Source of the DNA: a bacterium
GTDB taxonomy: Bacteria; SAR324; NAC60-12
Direction: 5' to 3'
NCBI GenBank assembly: GCA_965205865.1
Contig: CBDBHR010000030.1
Span: forward strand, 1,152,001-1,216,000
Length of the DNA stretch: 64,000 nt
Below the pieces are notes generated by a model, which did no database searches, had not been told where the DNA came from, and worked only from the letters and a program-made list of their open reading frames with translations. Shown here piece after piece: positions 19,166 through 31,900 of the stretch (its first letter is position 1; each line of letters begins with the position of its first letter). Made by a program: the position numbers and the translations under genes.

Positions 19166-20302
19166 TCAGGAAATCGTTGAACAACCGGAAGAGAATTGTC
19201 CTCGAAAACGTTGCGTCAAGAGGCGGTCCAATTCTCCGTCGGTTTGCGGATGGACCGGCATGGTTTGACGCCAGATCGGTTCTTTTTCCATGCATAAATA
19301 CGTGGTCACTTGCGGGGCCACTTGATGGATTTTTTTCCGTACGGTTTGAAACATCTGTTGGCGTATTTTTTTCAAATAACGCATTTTACCATCTTCTCCC
19401 TTGACGAATTCTCCGAGGAAAACATTACTCTTGGGAAAACGCTCTTCAACAACCATCTTCAATTTCGGGATATAGCGCAACGCCCCCATGCTGATCCAGG
19501 CGATGTTTTTTGGGGGAATGGTCGTCAGCAGTTGATCCACCAATTCCGGATAGTCTTTTTCCCATCCGGGATAATGGATCATCGGGTCAAGGTGAAAAGC
19601 GACTTTATAGCCTGCCTCTATTACTTGCGATGCCGCTTGCAAACGTTGATGGAGTTTTGCCGTCTTATGTTCTTCCCGCTCCACAATGGAAGCGGGATTG
19701 ACGGACCAGGAAATCACCGTATTTCCCTGGTGTGCCAAGTCCAGCAAATGGCTGACATGATGGGACTTTGTTTTCAATTCGAGAATCGCATTTTTCAACT
19801 GTCCGAAAAAAGGAATGACTTGTTGGTTGATTTCCAATAGGGGGTCCAGCGCCAGACTGTCCGAGTGCTCTCCCGTTCCAACGCGGAAGAGGCGCTGAGG
19901 TTGGCGAGCAATACGCAGCCCGACCTGCTCCAGAATCTCATCGATATTGGCATGAACCGTGATCACTGGTTTGTTCAAGAATGCTTGCAAGATGCAGTAG
20001 GTGCATTCAAGGGGGCAGTTTTCTATAAAATCGATCGTCAAATATTGGCAGCAAACCGCTTCAGCCGTGGTTCCCGGACAAGGTTTGATTGGCATCCCGG
20101 CAAAGTATTTCAGATGCAGTGTCTTTTTCCCTTGCGTGAGCGGATTTATTGCAGGATCCAATGGGACTTCATCTTTATGCCATGAATAGTTGTCTACGAT
20201 TGCATACGGCACCTGCGGAAATTTATTCAACGTCCTGCGGGTCAGGGATGTATTCAGAACTGCTTTGTCCACTATGATTCGTTCGGGCGCGTAGACTGTC
20301 AT
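19166..20302 (-). CDS. Spore-photoproduct-lyase-like radical SAM protein
   Basis: CPLECTYC, TGEHSDSLA, ELKTKS, GKMRY and YLCME. Confidence 0.85.
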   Translation of the reverse strand: MTVYAPERIIVDKAVLNTSLTRRTLNKFPQVPYAIVDNYSWHKDEVPLDPAINPLTQGKKTLHLKYFAGMPIKPCPGTTAEAVCCQYLTIDFIENCPLECTYCILQAFLNKPVITVHANIDEILEQVGLRIARQPQRLFRVGTGEHSDSLALDPLLEINQQVIPFFGQLKNAILELKTKSHHVSHLLDLAHQGNTVISWSVNPASIVEREEHKTAKLHQRLQAASQVIEAGYKVAFHLDPMIHYPGWEKDYPELVDQLLTTIPPKNIAWISMGALRYIPKLKMVVEERFPKSNVFLGEFVKGEDGKMRYLKKIRQQMFQTVRKKIHQVAPQVTTYLCMEKEPIWRQTMPVHPQTDGELDRLLTQRFRGQFSSGCSTIS

Positions 20303-20307
20303 TTGGG

Positions 20308-21258
20308 TTATTGCGATTGAAAATAGGAATGAGCTTCTTTAATATCCATCTCGATTTGTTGTTTCAAGGCATCGACGCCGGGAAATTTTTTTTCTTTTCG
20401 TAATTGTTTCAGGGGCCAGATTTCCAGTTTTTCTCCGTAAATCTCCCCGGAGAAATCAAAGATAAATGTCTCCATCCTTTGTTCGTCGTGCCCAAAAGTA
20501 GGACGGAATCCGATATTGGTGATGCCATGATACATTTGCTCGCGCACTTGCGCGTGCGTGACATAGACTCCGCTCTCCAAGGGAATATAGATTTGCGGAG
20601 AGAAATTGGCGGTGGGAAATCCCAGCGTCCGCCCCCGTTGCTCTCCTTTTTCCACGGAGGCATAAATACTATAAGGCCTACCCAGGAATTGTGGGATTTC
20701 ATCAAAACGATTTTCCCGAATCAGTTGCCGGATCAGCGTGCTGCTGACGGTTTGCTTACCGATCCGAATAGGAGCGATTTCTTCCAACTCGAAGCAATGC
20801 TCTTTGCTGAATCTTTCCAATAGCGCCGCGTTGCCGGTTCGCTTCTTGCCAAAATGGAAATCATGCCCGATCAGTAGCTTGACCAGATTGAAGCGATTGA
20901 TCAGGAAGTCTCTGGCGAACTCCTCACCGGAAAGCCGTGAAAACCCGGGGGTGAAATGGATGATATACACCGCGTCCAATCCCATTTCTCGTAAGAGACG
21001 ATTCCGCAACTCGGGCGTACAGATTTTGGCAATCGCCTTTTGAGGATGGAGCACTTCCTGAGGATGAGGATCGAATGTGATCAAGATACCGGCGCATCGA
21101 CGCTGCCTGGCTTCGTCCACGACCTTGCGGATAATGAACTGGTGTCCCAAATGCATGCCATCGAAATTTCCAATGGTCACGATGACCGGGCATTGAGAAG
21201 AAAAGTCTTCTCGAAAACTAACAACTTCCATGAGTAAAATCGATTTTTCATTGGTCAT
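20308..21258 (-). CDS. ribF: Riboflavin kinase/FAD synthetase
   Basis: GNFDGMHLGH, VSSTLIR, GFPTAN and G.RPTF. Confidence 0.96.
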   Translation of the reverse strand: MTNEKSILLMEVVSFREDFSSQCPVIVTIGNFDGMHLGHQFIIRKVVDEARQRRCAGILITFDPHPQEVLHPQKAIAKICTPELRNRLLREMGLDAVYIIHFTPGFSRLSGEEFARDFLINRFNLVKLLIGHDFHFGKKRTGNAALLERFSKEHCFELEEIAPIRIGKQTVSSTLIRQLIRENRFDEIPQFLGRPYSIYASVEKGEQRGRTLGFPTANFSPQIYIPLESGVYVTHAQVREQMYHGITNIGFRPTFGHDEQRMETFIFDFSGEIYGEKLEIWPLKQLRKEKKFPGVDALKQQIEMDIKEAHSYFQSQ

Positions 21259-21275
21259 CCGAGGATTGCAGGATC

Positions 21276-22585
<1,310 letters not shown>

Positions 22586-22589
<4 letters not shown>

Positions 22590-23575
22590 ACTTTTTCCCC
22601 AAATTCACGTCGCAGCAAAATTGCGGCATCTTTCGCAAAATAGGAGAGGATCATGTCGGCTCCCGCTCGTTTGATAGCCACCAGGACTTCCATCATCGCC
22701 CGTTCTCGGTCGACCCAGCCTTTTTCCGCTGCGGCTTCGATCATGGAATACTCTCCGGAAACATTGTATGCGGCAATTGGCATGTCGAAAACTGCTCGTG
22801 CCTGGGCAATCACATCCAAATAGGAAAGCGCCGGTTTGATCATAATCACATCCGCCCCTTCCTCGATATCCAGTGCCAGTTCTCGCATCGCTTCCCGCAC
22901 ATTGGCGGGGTCCATCTGGTAGGTTTTCTTGTCACCTTTCTTGGGAGCGGAATCCAACGCGCCCCGAAAGGGGCCATAAAAACAGGAAGCATATTTGGCA
23001 GAATATGCCATAATTCCCACTCGATGAAATCCGGCTTCATCCAGGGCATAGCGGATTGCTCCTACGCGCCCGTCCATCATGTCCGAGGGCGCTACCCAGT
23101 CCACTCCGGCCTCTGCGTGAGAAATTGCCATACGGCAAAGCACTTCCACGGTTTCATCATTGACTATTTCATCTCCAACAACCAAACCGTCATGACCATG
23201 ATAAGTATAGGGATCCAGAGCGATATCGGTTTGCGCGCATAATTCGGGAAGACTCTCCTTGAGGGCCCGCACAGCCCGTTGAACCAAGCCATTGGAGTCA
23301 TATGCCCTGCTCGCATGATCGTCCTTTTCAGTTGAATACCCAAACAAATTTACGGCTCCCACTCCAAGGTCAAACACTTGCTGACATTCCCGTACCAATT
23401 CATCGACGGAAAACCGGTATTGTCCGGGCATAGTCGAGATGGGATCACGCAGGTTCGTTCCTTCGGCAACAAACATGGGATAGATCAAATCTGCCGGCTG
23501 TAACTGGGTTTCTCGGACTAAGCCTCGGATGGCTGGAGTTTGCCGCATTCGGCGGGGTCGATGTATCAACTGCAT
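22586..23575 (-). CDS. hemB: Porphobilinogen synthase
   Basis: RPRRMR, APSDMMDGR, YGPFR and AYNVSGEY. Confidence 0.97.
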
Positions 23576-23632
23576 ACTGGCCTCGTTGTAAAAAAATCAA
23601 AAATATTTATGAAGAAATCGCTGCTGTTCGGC

Positions 23633-23791
23633 GTTGGCAATCCTCATCGTTGAATCCCTCTCCAGTTGTTGGGTCGTCAAAGGCGCCTTCCGTCGGGTTG
23701 GCAATCCTCATCGTTGAATCCCCCTCCAGTTGTTGGGTCGTCAAAGGCGCCTTCCGTCGGGTTGGCAATCCTCATCGTTGAATCCCCCTCC
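23633..23791. repeat. 64-bp tandem repeat, about 2.5 copies
   Basis: GTTGGCAATCCTCATCGTTGAATCC starts at 23633, 23697 and 23761. Confidence 0.95.
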
Positions 23792-23817
23792 CCTTGAGGG
23801 AGGGGCCAGGGGAGGGG
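23784..23817 (-). repeat. C/G-rich palindromic repeat, copy 3
   Basis: CCCCCTCCCCTTGAGGGAGGGGCCAGGGGAGGGG. Confidence 0.9.
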
Positions 23818-24077
23818 TGTGAATTTAAAATGTAACCAGTTGCACTGAAAGATACAAGAAAATCTCTCATTCCGAGGACGCGTCTTTCCATTCAATCTAC
23901 AGTATGTATGGCAAAGGCGCAACTTGTCAATTATCCATGAGAAGCCTTGCGGCTTTTGCGGATTTCTATAAGATCGATTGTCCGCCTGATTCCCAATGGG
24001 GACCGGTCAGATCGTAAAAAAAACACCACGCCACGGAATTTTCTGAAGGCTCGAGAAAAAGAGAAACAAGGAGGGAC

Positions 24078-24893
24078 ATGCCACCATTGATTCTTATCAG
24101 CAATGATGATGGGATCCATTCACCCGGACTGAAGGCTGCGGCAGAAGCGGTAGGCACGCTGGGAGAGGTCTTAATCGTCGCGCCCAGCAAGCAACAATCC
24201 GGTGCCGGTGGCAGCGTACGGGGAAACAGGGAGGAATTTCTAAGACCTTTCAATTTTACCGTCAATGGCAAATCCCTGCCAGCCTATCATTGTGACTGCT
24301 CTCCGGGTCTCACCTTGAAACACGGAATGACAGTATTATGCCAGCAGCGAGTACCGGATCTGGTCGTTTCAGGTTTGAATTACGGAGTCAATCTGAGCTC
24401 GAGCATCGCCGGTTCGGGTACCGTGGGCGTAGCCATTCATGCAGCTATCGGTGGCGTACCAGCCTTGGCCATTTCCCTTGAAGTAGAGCCTGAGTTACTC
24501 TTCAATTATGGAGACGTGGACTGGAGTGCGGCAATTCACTTCACCAATTATTTTGCCAAGGCTGTTCTTGCCAGGAAAATGCCTCCGGGCGTCGACATAT
24601 TAAAAATCGACGTTCCTAAAAATGCAACCGCCATGACGCCCTGGAAAGTGACGCGGCTTTCCAGAACACCCTATTTTCTCAATTCCATACCCTCGCCAAC
24701 ACCGCAAAGCCGAGTGGGAGACGCGCAGACGGCAACCATCGAAAAAGAGCAATTAGAAAAGAATTTGGATGTTTATAAGGATACGGATGTTTATGCCATT
24801 GCCGTGGAGCAAGTGGTTTCAGTGACACCACTCACCATCGATTGTACGGCAGGTACCGCCCGAGAAAGAGTCCGTGAATCGCTCGCAATATAG
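24078..24893 (+). CDS. surE: 5'/3'-nucleotidase SurE
   Basis: ISNDDGIHSPG, VVSGLNYG.N, SGTVG and VSVTPL. Confidence 0.93.
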   Translation: MPPLILISNDDGIHSPGLKAAAEAVGTLGEVLIVAPSKQQSGAGGSVRGNREEFLRPFNFTVNGKSLPAYHCDCSPGLTLKHGMTVLCQQRVPDLVVSGLNYGVNLSSSIAGSGTVGVAIHAAIGGVPALAISLEVEPELLFNYGDVDWSAAIHFTNYFAKAVLARKMPPGVDILKIDVPKNATAMTPWKVTRLSRTPYFLNSIPSPTPQSRVGDAQTATIEKEQLEKNLDVYKDTDVYAIAVEQVVSVTPLTIDCTAGTARERVRESLAI

Positions 24894-24955
24894 CTTGAAT
24901 GGATCCTCTGCCGCTATTGGTTTCCGCTGAAAAAAGCCGGATGTCCGCAGACGCT

Positions 24956-26122
24956 TCATAAATTCAAGGTCAGCAAGAGCGCTACCAGAAAGGCGAGACC
25001 CGATAGTATGAGAAACCATTGAGCGTATCGACGAAATTTTTGACGAGGGGGCAACAAGAGGGCAGGATCGATGCCTTGGGCGCTCTGCTCCCAAAGCAGA
25101 GTTTGTTCACAGAAAAGCTGGATTAAACGAGGATGCGTCTCCAAGGCAGGAAGCCGATAAGGAGTGATCTCGATGGATCGCGCCAGATCAAAGTAAGTGT
25201 GGTCAATCTCAAACAGGGTTTCTAAATGGTCATTGACAAAACTCAAAGGAATAAAAAGAATCGTCCGAACTGTTCCTGCATCAAGCTGTTTGATCAATTC
25301 ATCGGTATAGGGCTCCAGCCATCTTGCAGGTCCGACCCGGCTTTGAAAACAGAGTTCAAATTGCCACTGGCCAAAATTTTTTCGTAATGCTTCCACGGTG
25401 GCAATCACTTCCATCAAATAAGGGTCACCGCGGTCCACATAGGATTGCGGAATCCCATGGGCAGTGCACAAAATCCGTGTACTAAACGGGTCCGGTTGGT
25501 ATTGGCTCAGCGCTTTCTTCAGAAGATCCGACAATCCCGCAATATAGTCGGCATGCTGCGCATATGATCGCAATGCGCGGATTTTTCCTGAAAAACCCAA
25601 TTTTTCCAGTTCATGGCAAAACTGTTCTATTGAAGAGCCGGTAGTGGTTCGGGAATAGTGAGGGTAGAGGGGGATGAGGAAAACGTCATTGATGCGGTCC
25701 CGCGTTATTTGCTCGGCAACACGCGCCGCATTTCCTGGTATATAACGATGGACGGCATATACCTTCACCCGGGAATCTCTTTGTTGCAATGCCGCTTGCA
25801 AATGCAGCCGTTGTTGCTCCGTTGCCGCAACAATAGGCGATTTGCCACCAATAGCCGCGTATTGTTGAATAACCGCGACTGAACGCTTGTTGGCAATTCG
25901 ACGAGCAAAGTGATTTTGAAGCCACAATGGAATTGGCAACTGAATCGTGTTGGGGTCCCTTAAGATCTCATACAAAAAATCAGGAACTTCCTGTAAATTT
26001 CCAGGACCTCCAAAATTCAGCAAAACCGCTGCTTTCCGGATTGAATCGGCAGCACCGTTTGTCATGATCAAGAGATTTCTCAATAATCGAGCAAGGGATG
26101 TTGAAAGGTGATCGGATTCCAT
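24956..26122 (-). CDS. hemH: Ferrochelatase with a C-terminal hydrophobic tail
   Basis: LLNFGGP, YPHYSRTTTGS, AHGIP, QSRVGP..WLEP and DHLETLFEID. Confidence 0.93.
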   Translation of the reverse strand: MESDHLSTSLARLLRNLLIMTNGAADSIRKAAVLLNFGGPGNLQEVPDFLYEILRDPNTIQLPIPLWLQNHFARRIANKRSVAVIQQYAAIGGKSPIVAATEQQRLHLQAALQQRDSRVKVYAVHRYIPGNAARVAEQITRDRINDVFLIPLYPHYSRTTTGSSIEQFCHELEKLGFSGKIRALRSYAQHADYIAGLSDLLKKALSQYQPDPFSTRILCTAHGIPQSYVDRGDPYLMEVIATVEALRKNFGQWQFELCFQSRVGPARWLEPYTDELIKQLDAGTVRTILFIPLSFVNDHLETLFEIDHTYFDLARSIEITPYRLPALETHPRLIQLFCEQTLLWEQSAQGIDPALLLPPRQKFRRYAQWFLILSGLAFLVALLLTLNL

Positions 26123-26164
26123 TTATGAAAAATCCCCTTCACTCCTTTTCCCTTGCATCAGTTA

Positions 26165-26323
26165 ACCCGAGTTCGACATAAATCTTCAATAATATGAGTA
26201 TCCTAGCGTATATGTCATCCTCGCGAAACTTGTCCCCGCGAAAGCAGGAACGACAAGGTTTCTCTAAGATATGAAGATTCCATAACATATTGAATTTATT
26301 AAATTCTTATCTCGAACTCAGGT
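26165..26323. mobile_element. Second, inverted and shorter copy of the 11773 MITE
   Basis: TIR ACCCGAGTTCGA / TCGAACTCAGGT; flanks TCAGTTA / TCATTTA. Confidence 0.88.
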
Positions 26324-26508
26324 TCATTTATGAACAAAAGGAGTTCCCGAAATTCAAATGATTGATGCAATAAAGCCATATATGAATAAAGTTTCCATAA
26401 AATCTTGTAAAGCAATTTATCGATGGCTAGTATGTTTACCCATTAAGACTCGATTTGGTGGAATTCTTTCCATCGGTCATTCTATCAAACCAATTCAGAA
26501 TAAAGAAG

Positions 26509-26640
26509 ATGCCCATTCAACGTTACTCGGTAAATCTATATTCCGTCGAATCCTTGTTGACTTGGATCAAGACTGGTGAAATTGCCGTTCCCGAACTCCA
26601 ACGCCCTTTCGTCTGGAACGCGGTGAAAGTGAGGGATTTC
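26509..26640 (+). pseudogene. GmrSD/DUF262 N-terminal fragment
   Basis: GEIAVPELQRPFVW..KVRD motif, then truncated. Confidence 0.75.
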
Positions 26641-26682
26641 AACTTCCCGTCGCCCATTGTTCACAGGAAATATTGGACGTGA

Positions 26683-28559
26683 AACAAGCGCGTTAACCAA
26701 ACGGCAAACGGACTCTTCGCTGCCCGCATCCGTGCTGGAAACGGGTTCAACCGGCGTACCGCTTTCGACAATATTCCACACGCCATCGGCGTCTTGCGTA
26801 CTCTGTTCCGCTTCGTTTCACTCGATGATTTGCCCGACCCCCTGGCTTGGTGCGTGGACGACATCGCTGAGGGGTTGGCCGTGGCCGATGTCCCCGGAAT
26901 TCTTGATCACTACTACCGTGAAGGCAAGGGTAATGACCCGATCGTGCATTTCTACGAGACCTTCCTGGCACAGTACGATCCCGGCGAACGCGAACGCAGA
27001 AGGGTTTATTACACGCCTGAACCGGTGGTGGGGTACATTGTTCGGTCCTTGCATGGTCTCCTCAAAACGGAATTCAAGCAGCGCGATGGTCTCGCTTCCG
27101 ACGGCGTGACCCTGCTTGATCCGGCGGCAGGAACCATGACCTTTGTCGCCCGCGCCGCCCAACAGGCCGTAGCCGAGTTCGAGGCCAAATATGGTAGCGG
27201 TGGGCGGGAAGACTTTATCCGCCGACACATTCTCAGGAATTTTTACGCCCTCGAGTTGATGATGGCGCCCTATGCAGTCGGTCATCTCAAAATGAGCTTC
27301 CTTCTGGAAGAACTCGGTCACCGTCTCGCCAACGACGAGCGCGTACCGTTCTATCTCTCCAATACCCTCGACGTGGAAGAGCTGGAACAGAGCCACTTGC
27401 CCGGCCTTTCCGCCTTGGCCGAGGAATCGCGCCTGGCTGGAACGGTCAAGAAGCAGACCCCGATCCTACTCATCCTCGGCAATCCTCCCTATTCGGGTCA
27501 TTCGAGTAACAGAGGCGACTGGATACGAGGGTTGATCGAAGATTACAAACAAGTGGATGGGAGTCCCCTGGGTGAGAAAAACCCGAAGTGGCTCCAGGAT
27601 GACTACGTCAAATTCCTCCGTTTCGCCCAGTGGAAAATCGAGCAAGCCGGACAAGGTATCGTCGGCATGATCACCAATCACAGCTACCTCGACAACCCCA
27701 CTTTTCGTGGCATGCGCCGCAGTCTGATGCGTACCTTCGACGACATCCATATCGTCGACCTGCACGGCAACTCCCTCAAGAAGGAGAGGTGCCCCGATGG
27801 CAGTCCAGACCAGAACGTCTTCGACTTGTCGGTGCTGGTGAATGGAATCTGATCTACTGCTCACAAAGAATAGAGGATTTCAACCTTTTCTACCGAGGCG
27901 GAAACGTAAATTTCCCGCTTTACCTCTATCCCTCCACCGTCCCCAAAGACCTCTTCACTCAACAACAGTCAGCCAAACGAAAACCGAACCTGAACCCCGA
28001 GTTGATGACGGCACTGGCGAAGGCGCATGGCAGAAAAACCTCTCCCGAGACGATCTTCCACTACGTCTACGCCGTTTTACATGCCCCGGCTTATCGCAAT
28101 AAATATGCCCAATTCCTGCATACCGATTTCCCGCGTATCCCGTTTACTACAGACAAGGATTTGTTTGACAAGCTCGCCGATCTGGGCTCACGACTGGTCG
28201 CCTTACATCTCCTCGAGTCACCAGAACTCGATCCGCCTGCCTGCCGTTTTGATGGGGAGGGCGACGCCATGGTTGCGCGGACAAAGGCGCAGGGCTTTCG
28301 CTACGACCCCGCTGAGCAACGCTTGCATATCAACAGAACGCAATACTTCGGTCCTCTCTCTGCAGAAGTATACCAATACCGGATCGGTGGCTATCAGGTC
28401 TGTGAAAAATGGTTGAAAGATCGCAAGGATCGTCGTCTCCAACTCTACGACGTTCGCGCCTATTGCCGGATGGCGACTACTATCGAGCTCACGATCACAG
28501 TCCAGCAACAGCTTGATGACCTCTATCCCAAAAAAGGGGTCAGGCCTTTGATTAAATGA
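26683..28559 (+). pseudogene. Broken N6-MTase/TRD restriction-modification gene (Type ISP/IIG-related)
   Basis: YYTPEPVV, LDPAAGT and GNPPY in 26794-27852. The C-terminal DFPRIP / YRIGGYQVCEKWLKDRK part is in another frame after an internal deletion near 27825, and the N-terminus is missing. Confidence 0.85.
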
Positions 28560-28616
28560 AAAGGGGGCAAAAAAACTGGACTCGCTCCTAATCAAATAAT
28601 CAAAGGCCTGACCACC
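28536..28616. repeat. Inverted pair of GGGGTCAGG-family repeats
   Basis: GGTCAGGCCTTTGATTA and its perfect reverse complement lie about 40 bp apart. Confidence 0.8.
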
Positions 28617-28627
28617 TTTCAATTTGT

Positions 28628-28900
28628 CAATGGGTATGTGGATGAGAAGATTTACCAGACTGACAATTGCTTTTATTAAGAAACTTGAAAACCAACTTCA
28701 CATGCTGATTGAGTCTATACTTTGTATTTTACAACTTTGTAAAGGACGCTACGAGTTACCCTGCAATGGCTGCCGGTCTTTCTGATGAACTGAATGATGT
28801 TGAATGTATCGTAGGATTGGTTGATAACAGGCGGGAAATACCGAATCGTCCGAAGACATACGAGAAGAAAGTTGCTTAATTATCAAACTGAGACACCACC
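28628..28900 (+). mobile_element. IS1-family transposase 3' remnant with right end
   Basis: MRRFTRLT.AF.KKLEN...RVTPAMAAGLSDEL in broken frames, ending TCAAACTGAGACACCACC. Confidence 0.7.
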
Positions 28901-28983
28901 TTTTAGCCAATTTTGTTGAAATGGGGGACTACAAACGATATGGTAAATTTTATATAGCTTTTACCGTTTAAGGATAAATTTTC

Positions 28984-31900
28984 ATGCCTTTGCTCAATCT
29001 CAAACCCAGCCACAAGGTCATCAAAGATTATTATCATTCCCTGGAACAATTTGACCAATATGGCGTCACCCATGAAATGGCGGTTCGTTCCGCATTTCAA
29101 ACGTTGCTAGGGTCATGTGGAAGGCAATTTAACTGGGTACTGGTCCCTGAATATCGTTTCAATCTGAAGAGCGGCAAGCATATTGTCATCGATGGTTCAT
29201 TGCTGGATAATTTCCATCTTGCCTATGGTTATTGGGAGGCAAAGGACATCCGCGACGATTTACCTATCGAAGTTTTGCGCAAGTTCGAAGCAGGTTATCC
29301 ACAGACCAACATTCTCTTCCAAACGCCCAAACAGGCCATCCTCTGGCAAAACGAGCAGCGGGTGCTCGATAACGACCTGAGCGACCCGAAACAATTGATC
29401 GAGTCCCTGGAGGCCTTCTTCTCCTACCGTCCGCGACAATACGTTGAATGGCAGGATGCGGTTGCGCAGTTCAAGGATAAGGTCCCCGAGATTGGACGAG
29501 GATTGGCCAAGCGCATCCAACAAGAACGGAAGAATAACCAGGACTTTATACACGCCTTTGCAGTCTTTCTGGAAAAATGTCGCGCCTCGATCAACCCCAA
29601 CCTCTCTGAGGCGGCAGTTGAGGAGATGCTGATACAACACCTTCTCACGGAGCGCATCTTCCGTACCGTCTTCAAAAACCCAGATTTCACCAACCGGAAT
29701 GTCATCGCCAGAGAAATCGAAACGGTGATCCATGCTCTCACCTCGCATACCTTCAGCCGACTTGAATTTCTGGGGAGTCTGGATCGCTTCTACAAGGCGA
29801 TCGAACAGACTGCGGAATCCATCAGCGATTTCTCACAGAAACAGTATTTCCTCAACACGGTCTACGAACAATTTTTCCAGGGCTTTTCCGTCAAGGTTGC
29901 TGATACTCATGGCATCGTCTATACGCCACAACCCATTGTAGACTTCATGGTGAAAAGCGTGGAGCAGATCCTGCGGAATGAATTTGATACGTCTCTTTCT
30001 GACAACGGGGTGCACGTCATCGACCCATTCGTCGGAACCGGTAATTTCATCGTCCGCGTCATGCGGCAGATCCTCAAGACAAAGCTGCAGGAAAAATATT
30101 CTCATGAGCTCCATTGTAACGAAATATTACTACTCCCTTACTACGTCGCTTCGATGAATATCGAACATGAGTATTACGAGGCAACAGGGACTTACCAGCC
30201 TTTTGAGGGGATCTGCCTTGCGGATACCTTCGACTTGGTTGAAATGAAAAACCGGGATCAACTCTTGCTTTTTACTCCTGAAAACACAAAACGCGTAGAA
30301 AAACAAAAGGAGACGCCGATGTTTGTGATTATCGGCAATCCTCCCTACAACGTCGGTCAGGTCAACGAGAACGACAACAACAAGAATCGAAAATACGAGA
30401 CGTTAGATAAGCGGGTTGCGGAGACCTATGCCGGAGACTCCCATGCGACAAGTAAAAAACCATTGTCTGATCCATACGTTAAGGCTATTCGTTGGGCATC
30501 CGACCGGATTGGAGATCAGGGGATCATCGCATTCGTCACCAACAACAGTTTCCTTGATAGCATCGCCTTTGATGGCATGCGGAATCGTCTCACAGAAGAT
30601 TTCGACGCGATTTATATGCTCGATTTGGGAGGCAACGTACGCAAGAATCCAAAACTCTCAGGCGCAACACACAACGTCTTTGGCATTCAAGTGGGCGTCT
30701 GCATCAATTTTTTCATAAAAAAAAAGAAGTTGGCGTCAACCCGGGCCTCAATCTTCTACGCTCGTGTTGATGAATGCTGGCGTAAGGAAAACAAGTATCA
30801 TTATCTTGATGACAGGGAACAGTCCCAAAACATCGAATGGCAACCGGTAACGCCTGACAAACAATATACATGGCTCACAGAAGGCATGCGCAGCGAATTC
30901 GAGGCCTTTATCCCCATAGGGAGTAAGGCGGCAAAGGCGAGAAAAGATGAGGCGATGGATGTGATTTTCAATCACTACAGTATTGGAGTCAGTACCAACC
31001 GTGATGCTTGGGCGTACAATTTCAAGCGGAACATGCTCACTGAAAACATGCAGCAGACGATCGATTATTACAACGAACAGGTGCTCAAATGGAAACGACC
31101 TGAAAATCTGAATACCAACGTAGATGATTTCGTAGTTAATGATGACACGAAAATCAGTTGGAGTGAGTCTTTGAAATTAAATTTGAATCGCGGAAGAAAT
31201 GCTGAATATAGTGAATTCAAAATACGAGATGCGCTTTATCGCCCCTTCACCAAGTCGAACCTATTCTTTGATCGCATTCTAAACGAAAGAGTTTACGGTT
31301 TCCCAGCCATTTTCCCCACACCTGAAACGGAAACCGAGAACCGCGTGATTTGCGTCAGTGGACTGGGCAGTAACAAACCTTTTCATACCTTGATGGCAGA
31401 AATGATTCCGTGTCTGGACATGTTGGAAAAAACCCAGTGCTTTCCCTTCTACACCTATGACGAGGACGGGACAAATCGGCGGGAAAACATCACGGGTTGG
31501 GCTTTGCAAGCATTCCGTTTCCAGTACCAGGACGAGACCATCAGTAAGTGGGACGTCTTCCATTACGTTTACGCAGTCTTGCATCACCCCTTCTACCGTG
31601 AAACATATCAGGCGAACCTCAAACGGGAATTGCCCCGTGTGCCCTTCCTCCTGGATTTCTGGAGTTACGTCAAAGTTGGGTGTCGGTTGGGGGAGATCCA
31701 TATTTCCTATGAAGACCAACCCGAATACCAGCTCGACTTAATAGAAAAACCCGGTCTGTCACTCGATTGGCGCGTCGAGAAGATGAAGCTCTCCAAAGAC
31801 AAGACTCAGATCCGCTACAATGATTTCCTCACCTTGGCCGGCATCCCACCCGAGGCATTCGATTACCGTTTGGGCAATCGCTCAGCCCTGGACTGGGTAA

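Noticed and set aside
23633-23791. CRISPR-like 64-bp periodicity
   Set aside because: The would-be spacers are identical, there are only 2.5 units, and no cas genes are present.
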